From the NCBI GenBank assembly GCA_032718475.1, contig JAUCBJ010007234.1, forward strand, positions 26,099-90,098: 64,000 bases of DNA, read 5' to 3'. How positions within the stretch are numbered: position 1 is the first letter of the stretch; each line of letters opens with the position of its first letter. Shown here piece by piece: positions 37,694-48,200 of this stretch. A program made the translations under genes and the position numbers. The notes under the pieces are model-generated. The model was not told the origin of the DNA, searched no databases, and saw only the letters and a list, made by a program, of their open reading frames with translations. This DNA comes from Nemertoderma westbladi (taxonomy: Eukaryota > Animalia > Xenacoelomorpha).

Positions 37694-39200
37694 TTTATCA
37701 CTATGCAGCTAATTGCTTTCAGAGGAGGATTGGAGTTGACGACAATGAAACCGCCCACTTCTGTGATGGTCAAGGGGAGACAGTCAGTGAGGAAGTTGAT
37801 GTTCTTCTTACAAGTTACAGAGACATTTCAGGTATGTTTAATGATAAGGGGATGATTTTGGTGAGAGTGATGATGTGTATGTTTTAACAGCTGAGACCAA
37901 TGTGTATTTAGAAGACACTATTGGGTTAGCAATTCTGGACTCTGGCTGTACCAAATCAGTGTGTGGGCAGTTGTGGTATATGGCATATCTAGACAGTCTC
38001 AGCGATATTGAAAAATCGGAGGTTGTTGAAACTCCAAGTTGCACTTTATTTAGGTTTGGTGATGGGAAAAACGTGATATCTGACAAATGTGTGAAGATTC
38101 CTTGTCTAATTGGCAATAAGCGGGTTCATGTCCAAGCATCAGTGGTATCATGCAATATTCCTCTATTACTCTCTAAACATTCATTAGCTAAGGCAAATGC
38201 AGCTCTTGATTTTAGAAAGAATGAAGTAATAATGTTTGGACAAAAGATTCCAACTGTTGATAATATTGCAGGGCATTTTTGCATATCTATTGCATTAGTA
38301 AAGGAAGTTCACATTTCGTGTGAAATAAAGTCAACTGATGAAATGAAGAAAGTAGCTATAAAGTTGCACCGCCAGTTTGCACATGCACCAGCAGATAAAT
38401 TAGTTCGTTTAATTAAGGGGACTGGAAGTGTTCCAGAAGGGCTAGCAAATCAGTTAGAAGAAATTCAAAAAAGTTGTGACATATGTCGCAGATTTAACAA
38501 GCCACCGCCTAGGCCTGTTGTTGGTCTACCAATAAGTAATGAGTTCAATGACACTATTGCATTAGATCTGAAGTTTATTAATAACAATATTATTCTACAT
38601 TTGGTAGACACATTTACTCGTTATCGTTCTGCCTGTGTGCTTTGGAGTAAACAGTCTCACAAAGTAATTCAAGGAATTTTTAAATCGTGGATAATTACAT
38701 TTGGCCATCCTCGGAAATTTCTTGTAGATAATGGAGGTGACTTTAACAATGCGCAATTTATTAATCTTGCTGAAAATTTTAACATAAGAGTTCTACCTAC
38801 TGCTGCTGAATCACCATGGTCCAATGGTCTGTGTGAACGGCAGAACGCAGTTCTTGGCTTAGATGTTCAAAAGATAATGGCTCAAGAAAAATGTGAAATT
38901 GATGTGGCAGTGGCATGGGCAGTTGCTGCTCGCAATGCATTAACTAATGTTCATGGGTTTTCACCCAATCAATTAGTTTTTGGAAAAAATCCAATGCGTC
39001 CCACAGTAGAGGATAATAAACTACCCGCCTTGGAAGGTAACATCACAAGCACTGTAGTTGCAGACAATCTTAATGCCATGCATGCTGCTCGTCAGGAATT
39101 CATTAAAAATGAATCATCAGAACGGTTACGCCGTGCTCTAAAACACAATGTAAGAGATAGTGGGGATAAGGTTACCAGTGGTGAATTGGTGTATTATACT
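37694..39200 (+). pseudogene. GalEa gag end, protease and integrase (one frameshift near 37870)
   Basis: LAILDSGCTKSVCG; FRFGDG; LHRQFAH..CDIC (HHCC); IALDL, VDNGGDF, SPWSNGLCER (DDE). Confidence 0.9.
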
Positions 39201-39314
39201 TTTTTGTACATAGTTCATCTGTATTTTTGAGTCAGATTTGTCAGAAACCGAGATTTCGTGACTTTTCCTACAATTTACTATCCAAAATAGCAAACGCCAT
39301 TTATGTGGCTATAG

Positions 39315-41210
39315 ACAAGTTTCAAGTTTCGTGAATGCAAAATATTCACGAAGATTGATCTAACAAAAGCATACCACGACCAGGTACCTGTCAACGAACA
39401 TGATATACAGAAAACAGCTATAACAACGCCCTTTGGCCTCTTTGCATACAAACGCATGCCATTTGGTTTGTGGAATGCGTCTCAAACATTTCAGCGTCTC
39501 ATTGACATCGTATTAATAGAACTTGATGGTATAGTGATAGTCATTGCCTAAGTCGATGATATATTAATAGGTAGTTGCAGTATAGAGCAACATTTTCACA
39601 ATGTTGAATTGGTTGTAGGAAAACTGAAATAATATAATTAACTCTGAAGAGGGTGTCAAACCTCTTCCACAAAAGACGAAAGCAATCGATGAATTTCCAA
39701 AACTACGTCGCCCGAGGTATGTGCGGATTCTATCATAGGTTTATACCGAAATTTTCGCACACAGCAGCACCTTTAACGGATCTAATGAAAAACAGCCCCA
39801 GCAATAACAAAAAGAAAATGGACATAAGCATACAATGGACGACAGAAGCAGAAAATGGACATAAGCATACAATGGACGACAGAAGCAGAAAATGCATTCC
39901 AGGAACTCAAAAACCCTGTTAAACTCGCAGTAACTATTGTATTCCCAGAAGATGCCCATGGAGCGGAGCATCTTTGACATTAACATGACTTGTGATGCAT
40001 CCAATGTAGCTGTTGGCCCCGCTTTACATCAAGTTGTTAATGGCCTATCAGAACTTCTTTGAGTTTTCTCTAAAACGCCGAGTTCCACAGAAACAAATAA
40101 ATCCACTAAATATTGTGGAACTATATTGTCGATATATCTGGCACTAAACCATTACAATTGGCTATCAGTGCAATTGCTACCTGCAAGCTTTCTTTAACAG
40201 CACATCATTGTCACTGAAGAAAATTTACACTGCCGAAAACGCATTCATTATTTGGGACAACTCCAAACCCTCACCTAGACTGTACTTACCAGAAACCATG
40301 CGTTTCAAAGTGTATCAACACATTCACAACATAGCCCATATTTCACCAAAGAGAACACCCTACAATTAATCGCGGAACGCTTCGCCTGGGCTTCCATGAA
40401 TAAACAAGTGAAAGAATGGGCTAAACAATGTTTACATTGTCAACAGTGTAAAATGACTACACACACAAAGTTTCCAATAGGGACAATTCCCACAGTATCC
40501 CGATTGCATACTGTTCATACTGACTTGGTTGGAGTTGGACCCCTACCTCACACGCAAGGTTATCGGTACCTACTAACTGCCATAGATCACTACACAAGGT
40601 CGGTAGAAGCCATTCCTCTCAGTGATATAGCAACAAAATCAGTCGCTAACTCATTTATTAGCACCTGGATCAGTCGATTCGGTGTATCAAAAATACTGGA
40701 GGGACACAGGGGGACACAATTCACATCGAAACTGTGGAGATGCATAACAAAGAAACCACCGTTTAACAACCGCATCCTACATGTAATGGGTTGATCGAAA
40801 GATTTCATGACAGGTAACCTGGACGCAATCCTTACCATTAATCTTATTGGGAGGGACTCAGATCTGCCATAGGAACTTACAACTACTCACCAGCATAATT
40901 ACTGTATGGTACTGAACTTCAACTGCCTGGTCAGTTCTTTCTAGAAGACGACTCTGAAACAGATATTGACACATCAACATTCGTGGACAAACTGTGACAA
41001 CTTCAGTCCACCAATACGACGACAGTACAACAAAAAGCCAAATGTTTCCAAGGATTTGCCACAGTCCGCTCAGGTTTTGCTGTGTAATGCAATAAAGAAG
41101 TCGACATTGTCACCGCTATACAGTGGCCCCTACCCAGTCATTTCAATAAAAGATAATACGGCTGTAATATACATTTACAACAAACCAACGAAAGTCACGG
41201 TAGATTGAGT
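39315..41210 (+). pseudogene. Gypsy RT / RNase H / integrase remnants (many stops and frameshifts)
   Basis: IFTKIDLTKAYH; KTAITTPFGLF; MPFGLWNASQTFQR; VDDILI; GMCGFYHRFIP; CDASNVAVG; CLHCQQCK; HTDLVG; GTQFTS; YSGPYPV. Confidence 0.85.
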
Positions 41211-41659
41211 GATACCTGCTTATTTACCAAACAACCCACCAGCAGAGACCGAAACTGAAACCAACAAACACAGACTGGTAGATTCAACGAATCCATTTCC
41301 TATGTCTACACGGAGCAAGCCCAAAAAGACTAACGATAGACGATCAATTCTAAGATCACAATAGGGCCATTAAAATAAATACTGTGAAAAACAAAGTTCG
41401 ATTTAAACTGAAAAATAATTTGATATATTTTTAATTCATTAATGTGCGCTCCGCTTCTAGGGAGGGAGATATGGAGAAATGTACTGTACAGTACAACCTC
41501 GAGTACAACCCAACTAAATTATAATACAAGTACAGTAGCTATTGGTGGTGGTCGCGTAACTCGCGTATAGCAATAATGCAATAATAATTAAATGTAAATA
41601 AAGTGACGCGTGTGATGTACTGTGTTGCAGGTATATCAGCTGTCAGAGCTTAAAATATG

Positions 41660-42119
41660 TATATATATTTATAATCAGGATGAAGCCATGGTAGTGGCAC
41701 GGTGTTAGGGTTAAGCCCCAAAACAATAAAATAAATGTTAAGACGAAAAATACGGAAAGGTATAATACGCACATACATTGAAGTTGATACATACATTGAT
41801 TATGAAGTTCATGCGAGGAGGAAAACTCAACTTCGACTGGTTTACCTACAATGGGGATAATGTAAAGGTGACCAACTCTTACACTTAACTGGGAACCACC
41901 CTCTTTACCACACTTTCCTTCAGTACAGTAAGCACATCCTATCAATAACTTGTAAAGCGATGAAGGCTATTCACAAGATCAAAGACCCTCGCAGTTTGTC
42001 GCTACATACATCTCTCAAATTGTTGAAGTCAAAGTGACACCAATAAATTCCTAGGGGGTACATACCTACCTGCACCTGCTAAAATCTCGAGATTTTGAGA
42101 ACATCGACAAATTAAAGAA
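41660..42119 (+). mobile_element. LINE (CR1/Daphne-like) RT C-terminal fragment inserted in the Gypsy 3' LTR
   Basis: IMKFMRGGKL..FTYNGDNVKVTNSYT*LG..KAMKAI. Flanked by cttaaaa(t/g)atgta on both sides, after which LTR similarity resumes. Confidence 0.5.
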
Positions 42120-42142
42120 CTTAAAAGATGTAAGTACAATAT

Positions 42143-42682
42143 TGTTAGCTTATTCAATCCCGCCAACACCCCATAAAGTTATAAGCCGATAAGCAATATT
42201 GGGAGCCACGAGATTGGGCAATTAACCAACTCGTGCCATCCCAATAAGAGTGGGAAGGAAGCACACAACAAGGGTCAGGGGCCAAACCCGTAACCCAGAG
42301 GAAATAGGTGGAGTGAACGGGAACACTTCAGAGGGCGCCAACAAGGGTATTAACCAATCAGAGGGGGGAAAGGCATCGATTGAGTAGCAATAAGGCCACC
42401 GTGCAATATAACCAATAACCTATTAATCAGTGATTCAGTTATCTCAGTGCAGCAGTGCTAGCGTAGGTTGGTAGTCAATTAGTTTAGTTAGGGGATCACG
42501 GGACTTTAGTTACCGTATCCCACCTTGTACACATTATATCTATATCTATATCCTATGCCCTATTATTATTATACACCGAACTTCAGAACTCAGTTACTTT
42601 CTTTCATCCTTATACACGGCGGGGACGCGTGGACTAAATTACCACACCGGATAAATCGGGATCCCTCCTGGATCCCGTCACA
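42143..42682 (+). repeat. 5' LTR of BEL element B
   Basis: Direct repeat of 55805-56345. CCAAT (~42355), TATA-like (~42405) and TCAGT initiator-like (~42435) motifs. Confidence 0.95.
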
Positions 42683-42763
42683 GTAACTAAATCCGAGGAA
42701 GAAGCCCCAGTTGAACATCAAGAACTGCAGCCTAGCTAGCCGAACCATCAGCCACCAGTTGAG

Positions 42764-45127
42764 ATGAGTGAATCGGGCGAGACACCGACGCGGACCCCGG
42801 ACGAAGATCAAACGATCCGCGAGGCCGCGACCAAGCGATACAGGCCCACGACGCCGGAGCCATCGATAACGGGCGAACCGGAAGTCCAGAACGAGGAGGG
42901 TCTGGAACCCGAAGTCGAGCCAAAGGAAAGGGAGAGCGAGCCGGAGGGAGAAGGAGATGAGTCGACACGGAATGGAGAACGGCGCGCCGATGTCGCCGGC
43001 CAGCTACCGGCCGAGGGCGACGAGCGACCCACCGAAACGGCGACGGTGGGGCCGACGGTGCGACGCCGGACGCGAAGAGACGGAGGAGAGATCGGTACTG
43101 ATGTCGCCGGCCAGCTACAGGCCGAGGGCGACGGATGGCCCACCGGAATGGCGACGGTGGAGCCGCCGGTACGACGTCGAACCTGGAGGGACGGAGGAGA
43201 GGTCGGCGACGAGGACGTCGGGGTCTCCGATCGACTTCGACGGGCTTACATCGCGACCCGGAGACTACTAGAGAAGGCCAGGAAAGGGAAAACGGTAGAC
43301 GAGGTGAGACTGAGAAAGCGACTAGGTGAGTTGGATAGACACTTTAATTATCTAATACGTTTTGGGCAGAGAGAACTAGCCGAAACGAGAGCACGTGAGG
43401 TTGCCGGGGAACTGTTTGAACTATGGGAATGTGGGAGTATGGAACCTAGCGTAGCGTCAGTGTACATAGGGCCATACTTGGTCGATGCCCGGGGAGTAAA
43501 ACCAGTGGGTTGGAGGGGACTCGAAGGGGGCGAATCCGAGGTTAACCCCGAGGATTCGGCCTCGTCGGTCGGAGAAAGCTCCGGGAAGCGGGGGAAAGTT
43601 AGTAGGTCGGGAAGGCGGGGGAAGTCCGTCGTAACCGATAAGTCTGTTACATCCTCCGCGAAAGAAAGAGCGGTGAGAGAAATAGGTGCCGCATACCGTC
43701 TCAGCATGGCAGAGCAAGGTCAGAGAGAAATGGAGAAACGGCTAGAGGAGGGGAGAGTGCGGTTAGAGAGGGAAGCGGCATTGATTAAAGAAACCGGAGA
43801 GAGGGCCGAAAGGGCTTTGAAAAGCCTAAGGGAGTGTGATGAGATAGAGGAAAGGGAGTGTAGGGAGCGTGAGGCGAGAGAGGAAAGGGAACGCAAGGAG
43901 CGTGAGGCAAGGGAGGAAAGGGAACGCAAGGAGCGTGGAAGGGAACGCAAGGAATATGAGGCGAGAGAGGAAAGGGAACGCAAGGAGCGTGAGGCGGAAC
44001 GTAAGGAGTATGAAGCGAGAAGGGAAAAGGAACGCAAGGAGCGCGAAGTGAGACGAAGGGAGAGCATTAAGAGTGCAGCAGAGTCGGCCATCAGGGACAC
44101 CCAGGAGTGTGAGAGGAGACTGGCAGAGGCTGAAAAGGAGCACAAGGAATTAGAGAGACGGCAGAGTGAGTTTGCGGGAAATAGGATTAGACGGGAGCAC
44201 GAGTTGGAATTCGTACGAGCGACGCCGTCTGAAAGCGGGGCCGGCTCGAGTATTTTTGAGGAGCCGGAGGCCGTAGATACATTTATTAATACCCCACTGA
44301 CAGGTACCGCACGACAGACCCAAAACTGGTGCGACCGTACGGGCGGGGGGGGGGGGGGGGGTAATAATAATAATGGTACAGTAGACGTTGTTAATATTGA
44401 TAATACCGTATGGGACAACACTAATCAAACCTTTATTACAGGAAATACTTTGCCTAGTGGTAGTAATTTAAATTTAAATCAGAACAATCCCAATATTAAT
44501 GTAGGAAATAATTCTAATATTGATGTAGTTACGCAAAATAATTCAAATAATCAAAATAATAACCCAAGTTCGAACCTACAAAATAATTTAAATAACGCAG
44601 TTACGCAAAATAATTCGAATAATTTAAATAATGACCTATGCCCGAATTTACAAAATAATTCAGATAACGTAGTCGCGCAGAATAATACAAATGATTTTGT
44701 TTCAAACGAGCAAATTAATTCCGTTTCCAATATGGGTGCTATTAATGTAAACACGTCGGGCCTACATAACCAGGCGGAAGAGGGCCTGGTAGGTCACATA
44801 GTCGGTAGCCAGACGGATGAGGGCCTGGTAGGCCACGTAGATAGTAGACAGGGAGCAGAGGGCCTGGTAGGCCACGTAGTTGGTAGGCAGGGAGTAGAGG
44901 GCCTGGAAGGCCACGTAATAGCAGGGGGAGAGGCGGGGGTGAATAGACCCGACCGCAGTAGGGTTGATGTGTCGACTAGAGAGGTATATAATAGCGGGGA
45001 GAGAGGTAGCGAAGTTAGATGTAGCGAGTGGGGGGGGGGGGGGCTACGAGGACCCCATAACAGAGAGTTAGCGGCGAGAGGGGGGGGGGGGGGGGGCAGG
45101 GAGTGTCCCACAGCCGTCAGCGGATAA
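42764..45127 (+). CDS. BEL B ORF1: N-terminal Gag extension (Glu/Arg coiled coil, Asn-rich and GLVGHV repeats); probably continuous with ORF2
   Basis: 787-aa ORF starting ~80 nt after the LTR. The ORF2 frame is open from the poly-G at ~45080-45096. Confidence 0.8.
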   Translation: MSESGETPTRTPDEDQTIREAATKRYRPTTPEPSITGEPEVQNEEGLEPEVEPKERESEPEGEGDESTRNGERRADVAGQLPAEGDERPTETATVGPTVRRRTRRDGGEIGTDVAGQLQAEGDGWPTGMATVEPPVRRRTWRDGGEVGDEDVGVSDRLRRAYIATRRLLEKARKGKTVDEVRLRKRLGELDRHFNYLIRFGQRELAETRAREVAGELFELWECGSMEPSVASVYIGPYLVDARGVKPVGWRGLEGGESEVNPEDSASSVGESSGKRGKVSRSGRRGKSVVTDKSVTSSAKERAVREIGAAYRLSMAEQGQREMEKRLEEGRVRLEREAALIKETGERAERALKSLRECDEIEERECREREAREERERKEREAREERERKERGRERKEYEAREERERKEREAERKEYEARREKERKEREVRRRESIKSAAESAIRDTQECERRLAEAEKEHKELERRQSEFAGNRIRREHELEFVRATPSESGAGSSIFEEPEAVDTFINTPLTGTARQTQNWCDRTGGGGGGGNNNNGTVDVVNIDNTVWDNTNQTFITGNTLPSGSNLNLNQNNPNINVGNNSNIDVVTQNNSNNQNNNPSSNLQNNLNNAVTQNNSNNLNNDLCPNLQNNSDNVVAQNNTNDFVSNEQINSVSNMGAINVNTSGLHNQAEEGLVGHIVGSQTDEGLVGHVDSRQGAEGLVGHVVGRQGVEGLEGHVIAGGEAGVNRPDRSRVDVSTREVYNSGERGSEVRCSEWGGGGLRGPHNRELAARGGGGGGRECPTAVSG

Positions 45128-45203
45128 TGCAAGGGCCGAAATAGGTAAACCGCAACAACCGGCGACGGAAAGTAACAGGGGGATTGCGGGTATCCCCAGC
45201 GGC

Positions 45204-48200
45204 GTGCGACCGAGCAGAGAGAGACAGGTTGACGTCGCGAGAGGGCGGACGAAGCGTCGAGCCCGATCAGAGGAGGGAAGAAAAACAGTGGGGTTTAACC
45301 GGGAGGTCGATGAGAGATCTCACGAGCGGGAATATTCCACTGATAGGAGAAGAAAGGAAGACAGTAGTAGAAGTATCGCCGCGAACGATAGAAGAGCGAG
45401 GACGGATAGCGAGCCGTCGGTAGTCGAGATGAGAACGGAGAGTCAGTGGGGTCGGACTCCGGGAGATTGCCGTCGCCCCGGAGAGATGCGATCCGGTGAG
45501 ATGCATTACACGCCGAGAGAGGGGTACACGATGTACCGGTACGAAGATGAGGACAGAAGAGAGGGGGGTCGAAGAGAAACTTTCCGACGGAATATACCTG
45601 CCGATCGAGAATACGGTAGCCGCGGGGAGGATTATTCGAGAAGAATAAACTTCGATCCCGAGAGACACATGCAGACTGTAGGACATACTGTAGGCCTTAC
45701 TGCACATACCATAGGCCATATTGAGAGAGGCTATGTAAGCGATAGGATAGCGCGGACGACGGAATTAAGCCCGGAAGTCGCGGAATACATACCGGCGAGT
45801 AGGCCAGAAGCTGATAGGCCTATACCGGTACCAGCACAGCAGTATGACTACAGCATGCAGGGACATAACATATACCCAGGGGAGGGGGGAATTATTGCGG
45901 ATAGGTGCATGGGCCCCAACATATTAACATCAACCCCATTACCAAACATACCGGTGGGGGGGGGGGGACAGGGTGACATTCCCCCATCACAATATCAACA
46001 ATATACCCCGATGGTAGCAAGAACAACGAGACCCTTGGACGAAAACAGGTCGTGTGACACAGATATATGGAGGGGGCCGCTACCCCCGATGACGTACCCA
46101 AGCCAGAGAAAATCAAGAAATAGGACAGACGGAACGCACCAGGCAGGGGAAACTATACAGCACCCGTCGAATCCATTGGAAGCGCAGGCGATAGGGATGG
46201 CCACGTTGATCGATGCTTTGAAAACGAGGATCGAGTTACCACCCGTGGAACCATTCAAGTTCGATGGGAGTAGGCCGGAAGAATATTTGCAGTTTCGGCG
46301 AATGTATAGTAACGAAATACTAACAAAAAACTTGATGCAGGCGGAGTGCCTAAAGTATCTACAAGTGTACACGGGAGGCCCAGCATACGACATCGTGAGG
46401 CAATATCAGGGAATAGAGGGCGGCTTCACGACAGCATGGCGGGCACTGGATAGGGAATACGGGCACCCGGCCAAGATCATCAGGCAGACGCTGAGAGGCA
46501 TAACATCGGGTGGCCTACAGGATAACCCCGTTAGCATTAAGACGTTTGCAAACAAAGTCGAGAAAGCGCTGATCGTGCTGAAGACGCTAGACGCGCCATA
46601 CGAGCTCAACGCGTCCAATAACATCACCACGATAGCGCAGGCACTACCGAACTGGTTGCGCAACAAGTGGAGGAAGATCGCTTTCTCCACTCGAGACAAG
46701 AAGGGTGCGGAACCGGGTTTAGAAGAAATGTCAAACTTCTTAAATTACGAGGCTGAACTAATAACGGACCCAGTCTATAGTGAAGATAGCCTGGGAAAGG
46801 GACCAAAGACGGATCACTACAGGCCGAAACCAGAGCACAATACATCAAACGCATTGCCGAGGCTCAGGCAATCATTGCCATACACAGCGACGCAGGGGAC
46901 TGCAAGTCCACAGGCAAACGAAGATAAGACAACATCATGGAACGGACAGGGGAACAATAACAACATGAATAAACATAACCCCAGTACGTCCAGTAGGCCA
47001 AATCCAGTCAATAAGAATAGTAGGGACTTTGGTACGAATATAACTGCGATACGCAATGCATTGTATAAAGAGGGCTACGACCCAAAGAGCAAATGCCAGT
47101 TACACGCAAATGCGCTTCATAAAACCATGAACTGCAGGTACTGGCAGGCGCTACCGAGGCAAGACCAGATAGATTACGCGTCGAGCAATAAATTCTGCTC
47201 GCGATGTGTGAAGAGTGGACACAAGGCCAGGGAATGCCAAGAGAAGCCGGTCAAGTTTGGCCAAAGGAGAGGCCAAACGATGGCAACGAGCACGGTAGGG
47301 GCGAAGAAGAGAGGCACGGTGTTACTTGGAGTAGTACCGGTGCGAGTGATCGGGGAGGGCAATCGATCAGTAACAACACTAATGCTGGTTGATAGTGGAG
47401 CTGCCTTCACATTAGTCGAGGAATGGGTAGCCGAAGAAATAGGATTGAGAACAAGGCCAAGCAGAATGGCGGTAACAACCATCTCTAGCAAAGATGAGAT
47501 CCTAGAGATGAGGACAGGACGGTGCGCAATTGCAGCAGTGGCACCAGGATGCGATTATGGGGCAACCATCGACCCCATCCAAGTAATAGAGTCAATTAAC
47601 ATCAATGCCAGGCGGCCAACCAACATCGAGGTCGAGCAATACAAATTCCTGGACGACATTGACTTCTCGATCCCAGACGTGGACGTTAGGAAGGTATCCA
47701 TCATAGTAGGAATGGACTGCCCGACGGCCCACGAAAGAATGCAAACGGTCTTCGGCGAAGACAAGCAGAGTGACCCGGTGGCCATATTAACACCATTCGG
47801 GTGGACGCTGAGTGGTCCAATTAAGAGCAAGATACCATTCAGGATGTCGGAGACATCAGGATGCATGTTCGCGGGAACAATGCAGGAAATGGGTGATGAG
47901 GGAGCAGAGGAGCAGCTTAAAAGACTGCTCAGACAAGACTTTGAGGGACTGAAAGAGACCGGGGTCGGGACCTCGGTAGAAGACAAGCAGGCTCTACAAA
48001 GCGTGGAGGAATCGATGACGTGTGATGAGGGGCGGTATACAATAGGAATGGTATGGAAACTACCGAAGATACCGCTACCCGATAATAGAGGGATGGTAAT
48101 CACGAGACTCCGCAAGCTGAAACAAACACTAAAACGGAGCCCCGAGAAGAACGAGTACATTCACAAAACGATTAAGAAGTACGTCGAGAAAGGATGGGCC

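Larger units (their letters stand above)
23719..39200 (+). mobile_element. Ty1/Copia GalEa-clade LTR retrotransposon, 3'-truncated (no RT or 3' LTR) and interrupted twice
   Basis: 5' LTR tg...ca 23719-23892; PBS TGGTAGCAGAGCGTGGTT; gag-PR-integrase order. Confidence 0.85.
17983..42142 (+). mobile_element. Decayed Ty3/Gypsy LTR retrotransposon, expanded to ~24 kb by nested insertions
   Basis: 17983-18155 matches 41485-41660 plus 42120-42142 (LTR pair). 5' LTR ends ttaca|ttggt at ~18250. PPT ggagggaga at 41461. Gag, RT, RNase H and integrase fragments are in Gypsy order. Confidence 0.85.
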
